Source of the DNA: Lama glama
Taxonomy: Eukaryota
DNA length: 64,000 nucleotides
NCBI GenBank assembly: GCA_028534125.1
Contig: CM052816.1
Coordinates: 48,858,001-48,922,000, forward strand
Reading direction: 5' to 3'
Shown here: in pieces, positions 28,045 to 40,729 of the stretch
Layout: each line of letters starts with the position of its first letter
Numbering within the stretch: the stretch's first letter is position 1
The notes under the pieces: generated by a model
What the model saw: the letters and a program-made list of their open reading frames with translations, nothing else
Database searches by the model: none
What the model was told of the DNA's origin: nothing
Translations under genes and position numbers: made by a program

Positions 28045-28486
28045 TGTCGACTGAAATGCGCAGCCTAAAAGTTGAGAGTTATGTTTTATTTGGCGGGATG
28101 ACAGCCTCTCAGATCACTTTGAGGGACTCCTCTGAAGAGGTAGGGGAGGAGCTAGGATATACAGGAGTTTTACAACAAAGACCAGGTAGCTGGAACAATA
28201 AAAGATTACTTGGCATCTCAAGTTAAAGAGTTGAGTGCTTTTCTATTTATGGGAGGCAGCAAACATTTGGGCTCATTGAATTCATTTCTTTGACAAGCAC
28301 CTAGCTATCTAGGGCCAGTATCCTGTCCTTTCTTATTCTGAGTCCCTTCAGAGTGCAGCATTGTGAGTGGCTGCAGAGGCTGGGCTGCAGGCTTGTCTTC
28401 ACTGGAAGGTGGTGGCAGCCACTGATGACTTGATGGTTTCAGCATTCCTTGTTTACTGATATGGTTTGCAGTATTTTTCGCTCACA
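28045..28486 (-). mobile_element. ERV1-type solo LTR, family A copy 2 (inverted relative to copy 1)
   Basis: TGTCG...CTCACA ends, TSD GAGG at 28041-28044 and 28487-28490. The reverse complement aligns end to end with 26329-26825, with a few indels. Confidence 0.93.
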
Positions 28487-28639
28487 GAGGCTACCCTTTA
28501 GTCTATAGTGAATAGTCTTAGTGAATAAAGATATTCACTTTAAAAACATCTATGACATTAAAATAAATTATGAATCAGACATGTGAATTATGAAGCAAAA
28601 AAAATAAATTTTGAAAAAGATCATTTTCAGTATTCTTGA

Positions 28640-29990
28640 ACTGAGACCTCACTTCTAGTATCTTTCCTGCCTTCCTAAAGAGATAAACTGATACTTGGAA
28701 TTTTGTTTCCATTACTCATTGGAGTTTGTTTTTTTTTTTTTAATATGTCCATATATCTGGTATCCTTAAGGAATATATCATTTAGTGTTTTTTGGCTTTG
28801 AACTTTAAGAAATGGCATCATGTCTTCATGTTTTAGGTAATATTCTGTAATTATTTCTTTTACTCAACATTATGTTTCTACAACTCATCCATGTTATTGG
28901 TGTAGTAGACTATGCATTTGTTGCTGATAAATGCAACCAATGTTCCAGGTTTTTGTCCCGTCCCAGAAAGAATTCAGAGACTAGACGTAGTGGTTAAAAA
29001 CATAAAGTAAGGATTTATTAAAGGATGGAAGTGCATTCTCGGGGGAGAGCAGGCAGGCTCAGGTAAGCAGCTGCCCTGAGTTTCTTTGGCAAGTTAGCTA
29101 CATTGGATGTAAAAATTAATGGGCAGAATAGTCATTGGAGAGGGAAGGGTTTGGGGTCATATTCCTCTATTATCATCCAAACTCCACCTTCGCAAAGGGA
29201 GGAGGGATTTTTGTCCTTATTTAGTCTGGATCGAAAGTGTCATGGCATCAGTGCATGATGGGTACTTCTGATCTGAAAGTCTAATTTTATTGAAATGAGG
29301 GCATAATGAGCAAAAGGTTACATTCAGACACTGGAAATTCCTGCCTTTTCTCACCTTTCTTTGTTCTTCTCCAGGCCACTTGTTACCCCAAAAAGCATGA
29401 TCCCTTATCAGCCCAAAGGTTTCTGCTTTTCTTTCTCTGCCCAGGGACCCCTGCTGCTTACATGATGTTTGGTTTCCTGCATTTGGTTTGTGCCCCTCCT
29501 TTCTGCCCAATTCCTGCCATTTGGTCTGTGTCCCCCTTTCTCTGCTCATATCTAGCTATCTGCCTGCTCTAACACATTCATTTTCAGTGCCTTAAATATT
29601 CCATTGTGTGCAAACACTGTAATTCACTTAACCATTTCAAGTCAATGAATATTTCTCTTACTTATTTTTTTATTATTTTAAAATTATTTTGCTATTATAG
29701 GAAGTACAAATATATTTTGTACCTATCTCTTGGCATATATAGAATAATTTTTCTAAGCCATATACTTAAGGGTAAAATAACTGTAAAAAGTTTGTAAATG
29801 TTCGCCATGACAAGATCATTCTAAATTATTTTTGAAGAGCTTATACCAATTTACAATCTTATTTTTGATAAATTAGAATTATCAATATTTTGATTTTTGT
29901 CTATAATTAGTATCATTTGACTTTTTAATTGCTGCCAGTATGATGAGTATAAAAAATATACCTAAGTGATCTTAGTTTGTATGTCTCTCT
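28640..29990 (-). mobile_element. Old L1 3' fragment (L1ME-like) interrupted by an LTR
   Basis: 'ttttactcaacattatgtttctacaactcatccatgtt...' continues after the LTR as 'cattcattttcagtgccttaaatattccattgtgtg'. Confidence 0.6.
28919..29574 (-). mobile_element. ERV1-type solo LTR, family C
   Basis: TGTTG...TAACA ends, TSD CATT at 28915-28918 and 29575-29578, 'tttatt' (AATAAA on the minus strand) near 29014. Confidence 0.9.
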
Positions 29991-31699
29991 TTTGTAATAA
30001 AACTTAGTTTATTTTCTAGCCCCAAGGAGCCCTGAGGTGATGTAGAACAGGCTTGTTGAGGAAAGACTTATACCACTGAATCATGTCTATGTTTCAGGAA
30101 GTAACTGGCTTGCTCTTGCCCTGACCCTTCCTTAGTCAACATATTATTACACAAATGAAAACAAGTCAGGCTTATCCAATCCAACTGAAATTAGCATTCT
30201 CTTCCTCATTCATCTGTCATCTTTCTACTCCTTTGCATGACCCTGCTTAGCTACTTATTTCAAGAAGTTTTAAACTGCTCAGTATTGTGCATTTCCCTGT
30301 TAAGTATATTATATTCTAGTATGAATTCTGTGTGTTTGACAATTCAGTGTGCATCCTAAAGTCAGAACTGTGTCAAAATAGCATTAAGTTACCATTGTGT
30401 ACATAGACATCTCCCTCAATGCCTACATTTATTGAATTAAAAATAGTTACTTTCGTATTCATTCTTTAGTAGATCCCTTGGTGTGGGATTCATCCATTCT
30501 AGGAGTGGCTCACAGCTATATTATACACAGGTGGGGAGATAAAGCACAATGTTTAAATAGCTAATTTTACTGGAGGTCAGTGAAAAATACCTGAAATTGT
30601 AAACCATGGGTTATGGGCTGAGTGAAAAAAGTAAGGGATAAATAAGAAAAGTAATAAAAAGAAGTTGATATTTAAGCTTTTCTTTAATGGATTTGCATGG
30701 ACTTAAGACAAAAATAAAACTAAGGTCATTCCACGCTGAAAAAAACAGAAAAATAGTATGGCTTCTTCAGACATCGTAAATCAAACTTTGCATGGACTGT
30801 AAGATAAATGCAAGTACTGATGGGTCATTGGGGTGAAAGGTAAAGTGGAATAGCTCTTTACAAAGAGTTGACATTTTATTCTGGATTTGTAACTGAATGG
30901 TTTAAATGTAATTATCTAGAAACATCTAGTAATTTGCAAAGATAATTCTAGTATGTCAAAGTGAAAATATTAAGGAATAATTGTAGTGGAGACTCTCTTA
31001 GTTCCATAATATCTTTGTGTTAAAATATAGCTTTATCTCTTTCATTTTATGGTAAAATAGAGTCTCTTACTATATCAAAATGAATCACACAGTATTCATA
31101 TGTATTATATTCTCCAGAGTTATTTCTTTATGCAGGAAATGGAATGACAAGAAGATTCTTGTATTGTAGATTAATTTCCTATTTAGTTTGATTTCCCTGA
31201 CATATTTACTGATGCAAGAAGTAAAAAATCTGTTCCTGTTGAAATACTACTCTCCCAGGAGGGGGAATACTCCACCATCTCTTCTTAGGAAAAAGAAAAA
31301 GTTATAGACTTGAAATCTCAAACAAGAATTAAGCAAAGACATATGTAAACGATCTGCCTATATGAAAGAACAAATTAAATCACCAACTGAAAAAAAATTT
31401 GTTTTCTATATCCAATTATCTTTATTATGAATAAATCACTTCCTGACTATATTGTGCATGTGAACATAGCCTTGAGAGGTACAATAATGAACTAAAGAAA
31501 GCGTTTTTACCAAATAACTTAAACAGATTTTTAGGCTTGTGTCTATTCACTGGTGGCCAGCATTTACCTTGAGTCTAAAAGAAAAGAGGAATGGTGAATA
31601 CTTTGGTAGTGGATGGTATTGAAGGAGGCATGTGGGAAAAGTTCTAACCCTTCTAGTATAAAAATACCTAGGACCCAGTTTCTTATAAAGTTAATCATT

Positions 31700-32190
31700 A
31701 ATATAGTATCAGTTTCACTCCTAAATAAATTACAACATATATCCACAAAATCCCCTCTGCATTGATACATATATAGCAGATTTATTCATAATTACCCAAA
31801 TTGGAGAGAATTCAAATGTCCATTAACTGGTGCCTCAATACACAAACTGTGGCGCATTCACCTGATGGGATACTACTCAGCAATAACAAGAACTTACTAG
31901 TGGTAAATGCAATCATGTGGATTAATATCAAAAACAATAGGTGATTTGAGCAAAACCAGGTAGTAAAGGCTGAAACTATAATTCCATTTAAATAACTTTC
32001 TATAAAAGCCAAAACCATGGGAAAGGACATCTGATCACTGGTTTCCAGGGCCTCAGCTTGGTGAGAGAAAATTACGTACAAATAATATGAAGGAACTTTT
32101 TAAGGCTTTGGGAATATTCTGCATCTCCATTGCAATGGTGGTTATATTTTTGTATGAATTACTTAAAACTCACTGGTCTGTACACTTGAA
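31700..32190 (+). mobile_element. Old L1 3' fragment (L1ME/L1MC-like)
   Basis: 'atagcagatttattcataattacccaaattggagagaattcaaatgtccattaactgg', 'tactactcagcaataacaag'. Confidence 0.7.
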
Positions 32191-33077
32191 TTTAAATAGC
32201 TCTGCCTATCTATGTTAAAAAATGACAAGAACAACAACAAAGAAAACTACACAAACAAGTGAACAAGAAAAGACATCTATTAAAAATAAAAATTCTTGGG
32301 GTTATTTTCCTAGCATTTGAATGTAACAAGAACAAATACACAAAACTAACTACACAAATGTGAAGTATTTTATAGAGGTGGTCTGTGTATTTTCATGCAG
32401 TGAAGTCAAATTTTAAAAATTAAGCTTTGTTTAGTATATTCAAATATGAGTAGCTTTCCTATGTGTCAGATTTATTAAGGTTTAATGGCATTAAATAAAT
32501 AACCTCCTGTATCCTGGATTGCTAATTTATTTTAAAATTAAAACCCTTTTTTTTCCTTCTTTAGAGTAAAGACCCTTATGATTTTAGTAAAGTTGGTGAA
32601 TTATTTCTCAGATGAGAATGATTGCACCTGTCAGTTTCTAGTGTACTATACTATCACTTTGACAAGATGAAGAACATTATGTGATAGATACTTCAATTTC
32701 CAATCCTCTCTGCTCAACATAAGTACTCCTTGATTAATTTCAGCTGTCAGAAAAATTAAGTTCACAGTAAAATCTAAAAAAGGTTGAAAATTCTGGCATA
32801 AAAATATGCTCATTTTTGTAATAGCTCCATATGCAAGGTTTTAGAACAATGTTATTTTATTTATTTTATTTATTAATTCATTTATTTAGTAATATATCTT
32901 TAATAGCTGATCTGTGACTGGAGTACAATATTCCTTGATCTAGATATTACACACACAATGATGATTAGATCCTCTCATGGGGGGTTAAAGAATGTAGGAG
33001 GAGACAGAAAATAAGTTAGAATATACTATTTAGTAAACAAGATTGCTTCAAACTGAAATTTGTGTTTTTTAAATTAC

Positions 33078-34090
33078 TTTTTCAATTGAAGTATAGTCAG
33101 TTTACAAGGTTGTGTCAATTTCTGATGTACAGCACAATGCTGTAGTCATACATGAATATACATATATCATTTTCATATTCTTTTTTTACCATAAGCTACT
33201 ACAAGATATCAAATATAGTTCTCTGTGCTATACAGTATAAACTTGTTTTATCTATTTTATATATCAGTCAGTATCTGCAAATCTCAAACTCTCAATTTAT
33301 CCCTTCCCATCCCTTTATCCCCGGTAACCATGTTTGTTTTCTATGTCTGTGAGTCTGTTTCTGTTTTATAAATAAGTTCATTTGTCTTTTTTTTAGATTC
33401 CATATATGAGTGATAGCATATGGTATTTTTCATTCTCCTTTTGGCTTACTTCACTTAGAATGACATTCTCCAGGGACATCCATGCTGCTGAAAATGGTAT
33501 TATTTTTTATGGCCGAGTAGTATTCCATTGTATAAATATACCACAGCTTCTTTATCCAATCATCTGTTGATGGACATTGAGGTTGTTTCCATGTCTTGGC
33601 TATTGTAAATAGTGCTGCTATGAACATTAGGGTACAGGTGTCTTTTTGAATTAAGGTTCCCTCTGGCTGTATGTCCAGGAATGGAATTGCTGGATCATAC
33701 AGTAAGTCTATTTTTAGTTTTTTGAGGAATCTCCATACTGTTTTCCACAATGGCTGCACCAAACTGCATTCCCTCCAACAGTGCAGGAGGGTTCCCTTTT
33801 CTGCACACCCTCTTCAGCATTTATCATTTATGAAGTTTTAGTGATGGTCATTCTGACTCATGTGAGGTGATACCTCATTGTACTTTTGATTTGCATTTCC
33901 CTGATAATTAGTGATACTGAGCATTTTTTCACGTGCCTATTGGCCATTTGGATGTCTTCATTGGAGAATTGCTTGTTTAGGTCTTCTGTCCATTTTTGGA
34001 CTGAGTTGTTTGTTTTTTTCTTATTAAGTTGTATGAGCTGTTTATATATTTTGGAAATCAAGCCCTTGTCAGTCTCATCTTTTGCAAATA
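33078..34090 (-). mobile_element. 5'-truncated lineage-specific L1 (ORF2 C-terminus plus 3'UTR)
   Basis: ORFs 33858..34061 and 33451..33762 translate to the L1 ORF2 C-terminus ([42 protein letters not shown]...[18 protein letters not shown]), followed by a 3'UTR ending 'ttgaagtatagtcagtttaca' on the + strand. Confidence 0.95.
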
Positions 34091-36641
34091 TTAAATGCTT
34101 TTGACCAATAATAGAATTTTGACATAGATAAGCTGCACTACGACCCCTTCATCCTGTCATAGAGAGACAAAATTCCTGTCTCTTTGAAGTCTTGGTTTAT
34201 TATTTTCAATGTAGTAATAGTTATTGTAATGTACCCAAACTATATCATCCAAATGAGGAAAATCCCACACATAGCTTTAATGATTTGAATTGAAAAAATG
34301 AAAAATGAATAAGGATTATTTAAACATCATTCTATATAATTAAATATGATTTTTCAGCTTTCCAATTCCATTTACCAGCATGTGACAATTGATGATGATG
34401 TTAAACTAGGAGACAAGTCCTAGAACCATAAATAGGAAAATTAGGAATTTTACCTTGAATCATTTTAATCATTTTACTGTCATTCATAACAACATACATG
34501 TCAGTTATTTAACACTTCACAATTAAGTGGATATTTAGTAGTCATGGCTCTGGAAGAAATTACTAAGAAATAGTAATGAGTGTATGTTTTTAAGAATTTC
34601 TCTAATTTTTCTATAATTAAGGCACTTTTTCATCAGATGATTATATTCCTTTACTGCTTAACTAGTATTAATTTGCTAGCTCTGCTCCAAGGGATTATTA
34701 ATTGAATAGATTATTAAATACTATCAAATTCCAACTGTGTTAACTCCATAATTTTTCTACATTCATTGAAGTGATTGGTTAATATCTGAAAGGTTTATGC
34801 CATCAGTAAAAATGAATGACTAACCTAGTGTCATGATCTGTCCCTACATTGCTAACTGAAAATATAAAATTACCTTTGCTGACCAAGCTGAGAAACTCTC
34901 ATTCACATTAAATCAAAATGAAATGTTAGAATTCAAGAAAATTGAATTGGCTGATAAATTGCATCCTGAATGTCTCTTCAAATATTGTGAGTAATTGTAA
35001 TAGGGAAACCCTCTGGCACATGGCAGCTTCTTGCAAAATTAGGAATGACTAAGTTTGTTTTGTTGTGTAAGAAGACAAATTTGGCAGTGCTTTAGTTATC
35101 ATGAAAAGGTAGAGATGCTCTTTAACATTATTTAAAAATATATTTTGTTTCTCATGATAAGGAGAAAATAAGAAGTATTTAAGAAACCTTTTTGGATTTC
35201 AAAGATAAAGGAAAATTTCTGTTTCTGTATTTTAGGATCTATAAAATTTATTTAAAACTTTTCTGTAACCATGTTTCAAAAGTTTTAATGAATGGAATAT
35301 ACCATTTCTAATTTAAATTTTCAGTTTGCATTCATTTTTCTATTGGTTTACTTGTCATGATAAATAACATGTTGGAATAAAGTGGATAATGTTGAAATAA
35401 ATATTTGCCTGGCCCAAGGAGTTAGAGACCTAGAGATTAACTAGTAATGTCTAATACAGACCAGTCTCCATTTTTTCTCTTGATGAATGGTGTTTAGTTG
35501 GTGATAGTAAAGTATGATTAAAAGCAGTTTTGTTCAATAGGAAAAAATGGGTTTTGAGAGAAATGTGTGTTTAAGTCCTGGCATACTGCTTACCTGGTTA
35601 ATGACTATGGATTAGTCATTTGTTCTCTGATCCTAGGTATAAATAGCAGTAAAAAATGGATATTGAAAATTATTTCTTACCTAATGTATTCTGGTAAAAC
35701 TTAATAATAAATTTACTGTGGAGAACAAAGAGGGTGGTAGATGTTAAAGTGCCTGGTAAAAACAAAAGCTTTAAGAGAATATTAGTTTTCCATATCTATA
35801 TTATTGTTATTTGTAATCCTTATATAGTCCATATTTTTCTCTTTATTTTCACCCAACCATAAAAATTCTGAGCTGATAGAGTACAGATTTTATTAATATT
35901 ACTTTTATTTCAGAGAAAACAAAATTAACCCCTATTTTTTTGCTTTGGCTGCCAATAGGTCTCTAAGATCTCACTTGTGAAATGTCTTTATTTTAACCAC
36001 ATCCTAAAGGTATGCTAAAAACTTTGAAAATGATTTCAGTGTTGCTGTTGAGATTCTAACTCCTGCTGAATCAAAAGTATAAATCACTATAAATATGGAA
36101 GTGCCTAAATATTTTTTAAAAGTATATTCTCTTCATTTTTTGCAATAGAATGACATGTAAATCAAGTATCACTTTTTAAGGTTTTTCAAGTAAGTTCGAC
36201 TCATTAATGAATTTATTTTACTTGATGAGTACCAGCTCAATCTCTCTCATTCACTCGTAAATTAATAAATGAAAACTAAAGTGGTTTTCTTTTTGAAAAG
36301 ATGCTATTTAGTAGAAAAAAGTTCTAGTCTTTATGATTTGGCTAAATTTCTGTAGCTTGATAAATTGTGTTGGTTTGTTTTGTTTATTTATTAATGATTT
36401 TCCCAAAGAAGAGGAATTCTGAAGAAACTATTTGTTATATGTTTTATATTTTCTTATTTGTCTGGGGATTGACTATTTAAAAACCTGATGATTTCCCTTT
36501 TTTTTTAAGAAAGAAAACTGTTCTCAGAGAAAATGATTTTTGTATAGCTGCTGATGAAAACACCCAGGGACAGTTCTCTCTCTCTCTTTTCCCTATTCTG
36601 TAATGTACAGCATCTCCATTCTGGGCCAATAGATATTTTTT

Positions 36642-38548
36642 GAAGTATTATTTGATTTACAATACTACATTAGTTTCAGGTGTATAGCATAGTGATTCAG
36701 TATTTTTACAGATTATACTCCATTAAAAGTTATTACAAGATAATGGCTATGATTCCCTGTGCTATAAAATATATCCTTTTGTTTATCTATTTCGACATAA
36801 TAGTTTGTATCTCTTAATCCCATACCACTATCTTGAGTCTTCCTACTTCCCTCTCTTCACTGGTAACCACTAGTTTGTTTTCTATATCCATGAGTCTGTT
36901 TCTGTTTTGCTATATACATTTTCTTATTTTATTTTTTCGATTCTACATATTAGTGTTACTATACAGTATTTGTCATTCTCTATCTGACTTATTTCACTGA
37001 GTATAATATTCTCTAGGACCATCCACACTGTTGCAAATGGCAGAATTTCATTCTTGTTTATGGCTGAGTAAGTAATACTCCATTGTATATATGTACTACA
37101 TCTTCTTTATCCATTTGTCTGTTGATGGACACTTGGGTTGCTTCCATACCTTGCCTATTGTAAGTAATGTTGTTATGAGCATTGATGTGCATGTATCTTT
37201 TCAGATTAGTCTTGTCTTTTTTCTTTTCTTTCCTTTTTTTTTTTTTTTTGAATCTATACCCAGGAGAGGCATTGCTAGATCATATAATAGTTTTATTTTT
37301 AATTTTTTAAGGAGCCTCCATGCTGTTTACCATAGTGGCTGCACCAGTCTACATTCCCACCAACAGTGTACCAGGTCTCCTTTTCTCTATATCCTCTCCA
37401 ACATTTGTTATTTTTAGACTTATGGGTCTGATCCCAAGTTGCTGGAACAGAAGCCCTGAAAGTTGGGCCCAGGTTGGCTCTGTTTCCTTTAAGTGTGAGT
37501 TTTCCCTCCTCCCTGCACCAAGACCTGTGCCCCAGAGTGGTGGAGTGCTGAAGCAAGTAGGGCCAAGTGGGAACTCGTGGCTCATGTTGGCTGCAGACAA
37601 GACTCCAGCGTGTTGCCTCTGCAGGCACCCAAACTTATTTCCCTCATTCTGCTCAGATGGAGCCTGTGTGCAATCCCCCTTGTCTTTCACAGCTGGCTGC
37701 TGCCTTCAGCCTTCACCGCCCCAACCCTTTGTGGTACCACACTGCAGGGCAGGCAGGGCTCACCTGAACTCTTGACATTTACTGAGAGGTTAACTGTGGT
37801 GGAGCAGCCATTGTCAGAGATGTGGCCTGCTGCAGATGCACTGCTTTACTAAACGCCAACAATGGGTGCCACCATCCCTTCCAGGCTCTGCCTTTGGACT
37901 TAGTCACCTCTGCATCTGAAGGTCTAGTCTTCTTTCAGATCATGGCCACCTTAGATCCAGTGCTGCACTGTGATGTGAAGTGAGTGAGGCTGGAGTCTCA
38001 CTTGACTTGGGCTGGGGTGTGCACCTAGGTGGTTGTGGGGAAAACCAGCAGCAACTAGAGCAGACTTCTCTTTGCCCTGTCTCTGGGACAAGGCAGCATG
38101 TGTGTCTTCTTCAGGAACTGAGTCCAGGCTTGGCACAAGCCAGCATGCGTGTGCTCTTCAGGAGCTGAGTCCAGACCTTCCACAGTCCTCCTGTTAGTCC
38201 CATGGATTCTGCTTGTATCCCTCAAATAGAACCCCAGAACTGTGGCACCCAACCTGTGGCTCTCATTGCTCACTCCCCAGGGTGGGTGTGCCCCTGTGTA
38301 TTCTCCTTTTTCCTCTGAGTCCCCTTTGAGTGGCACAGGTCCTGACCCAACCAAATTACTTTTCTTCCCTTTCTACCCAATTACCTGTGTATCTGTCTTA
38401 ACAGCCTTGGTTGTACAGGAATCATTCTGCCAGTTTCCACTTTAGTTTTCAGTGAGAACTGTTCCAGAAGTAGATGTATTTTTGATGTGTTGATGGGGAA
38501 AGGTGAGCTCCACATCCTCTTACTCCACCATCTTGATCAATCTTCTCT
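36642..38548 (-). mobile_element. Internally deleted L1: 5'UTR (~37423-38548) fused to ORF2 C-terminus/3'UTR (~36642-37422)
   Basis: The minus strand starts 'gagaagattgatcaagatggtggagtaagaggatgtggagctcacc...aaaaatacatctac', an L1 5' end. The 3' part encodes [15 protein letters not shown]...[11 protein letters not shown] aatagatatttttt (36628-36641) / aatagacatttttt (38549-38562). Confidence 0.85.
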
Positions 38549-39494
38549 AATAGACATTTTTTATGTACTTAATACTGAGTTTATTTTTATATAAAAAATA
38601 GCAAAATTATATGACTAGATTGTGCTGTAAAATAGACTAACAAAATATATTTTGAATTTTTGTTTTCTATTTGGAATAATTTTAAAAGCCCAAATATTTT
38701 TTGCATGAATATAGTTCCTATTCTTTTATTTTTATACTTCATCCCAGGAGATTGAAAAGTAATATTGTTTTTACCTACATTAAGAGAGTAGGCAATTGAA
38801 ATCTACAACAAATAGCACAGCATTAGAATTTACCAAACTGCTTTGAAAAAAATTCTCTCCAAGTTTGCTTTAATAATCCTTACTTTTGCAAAATTTTCTA
38901 GAAGTCAGCTTTGTTTTTCCAATTCCACAGTACCAGAACAACTGAGCAATGGACTGTGAAGTTGTAACTACATTTCTTCATTTTCCGATATTCCAATACA
39001 CACAAGTTAGACAAGGTTCTTAACATCACTTCTCCAATAAAATCTAAGTTGAACTGCTGTCTGCAAAATGCTACTACCATAAGAGGCCCTACTCTATGGA
39101 AGGCAGACAAGCATGAAACTAGATTTTTTTTTTCAGCTCTCATTTATTACTTATTTTTAAAAAATGTCTAGAGAGGTAAAAAAGTCCCCTGATATTCAGA
39201 TTTCTATTTATCTGTCTATCAAGAATTTAAATTGTTTTCAAAGTTGAGAATTCAAAAATTTAATTATATACTGTTTAATTTGTTTTGATATATATATATA
39301 TATATATAAAACATTTAATTATTTATATATATTTATATACTTTATGTTCTAATTAATACATTGTATATTAATATTTAACATGAGTTGCATGATGGATTCT
39401 GTTGTATATTCTGCAATACTTTTATAAGCAATTAGATACCAGAAGAACATAAAACAATGAATAGTGTCAATGTTTCTTCTGCATAAATACACTA

Positions 39495-40080
39495 AGGAGG
39501 TGTGGGCTTTGGCTTTGGCTCTTGGGAGGTAACCCCTAAGCCCTTGGAATGTTCTGCCTGAAAAGAGAGTCCCTGTTTACTTGGAGGCTTTGGCAATGCT
39601 AGATAGTCTATGCTAATGATATGATTTATGGTTGGGGGTCTTTGACCACATAGTATCAGCTCCACATCTGGAGGGAATGGAGTTGAAGTTCAGCCACATA
39701 GGGGGTCAAACATGTCTATGTGACCCAGTTCCAATAAAACTGTGGACACCAAGGCTCAGATGAGTCTCCCTGATTGGCAATGCTCTGTACATACTGTTGC
39801 ACATCATTGCTGGGAAAAACAGGTGCTGCCTGCACAGTTCTACTGGGGGAGGACAACCGGAACCTCCAAGATCTGGTATCTCCGGGAACTTACCCTATGT
39901 GCATCTTTCCTCTCTGATATTAGTTTATTTTATAATCAACCATTCCATAAGTATAATGGATTTTCTGAGTTTTGTGAGTACTTGTAGTAAATAATTGAAC
40001 TTGACTGTGGTCTTGAGGACTCCCAAATTTGCAGTCAGTGTGAAAAATGAGAGTGGTTTGAGGAATCTTCAGAACTTCAT
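39495..40080 (+). mobile_element. LTR, MER21C-like
   Basis: 'tgggaggtaacccctaagcccttggaatgttctgcctga', 'ccaataaaactgtggacaccaaggctcagatgagtctccctgattggcaa', 'ttttctgagttttgtgagt'. Confidence 0.8.
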
Positions 40081-40729
40081 AGAGACAATCAAAGTAGGAA
40101 AATGTAAAATGTTAGGCAATTAATCAGTCTCCTTTACATTTGAAACACACATGTCATCCTTCATTTATTCTTTTACAACATTCAAAATTTTATTTAGATA
40201 TATTTATTAAGGAAATGTGACAGGTCCAATCTAGCACTTTTAATAGACATTAAAATCTGAAAATATTTAGTATAGAATTTGTGTTAATATAGCAAATAAT
40301 GTCTGACACTGATTATTAACCATTATATCTAAATTTTTCACCCACTAATCAAAAGTTCTTAAAGTCAAAGTCTTAGGTATTTCTGTCTCATAGAGTCTCA
40401 CAGAGTATTTTGATATGTAAGTTATTGAAGATACAAAGCCTTCACGATGGAACAATCAATTAAAAATCATCCAGGTTTACCTATAAACAATGATTGTACT
40501 GTGATAATGTCTATGATCCAGGGTCTTATGTGTCTTGTCTACTGCTATATCCCTAATGCTTAACATACTACTTGGCCTGGTTTCTGAGATCTTGGGTTCA
40601 CTTAATTGGTCTCTGTATCCATGACTATTCTCAGAATTATTGTTACTTCATTTTGTCCCATCTCTGTCCCTTTCAGCCCATGTTGACAGTATTTTGCTAT
40701 TATAAAAATCTCAAAACTTTTTCTTTCTT

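Noticed and set aside
26613..28226. ORFs 26613..26810 and 28023..28226 encode near-identical peptides (GEELGYTGVLQQRPGSWNNKRLL), suggesting a gene pair
   Set aside because: They are the antisense translation of the two LTR copies, not genes.
37299..38445. Cluster of longer overlapping ORFs (up to 151 aa)
   Set aside because: Explained by the GC-rich L1 5'UTR, which has few stop codons, and by the fused ORF2 remnant.
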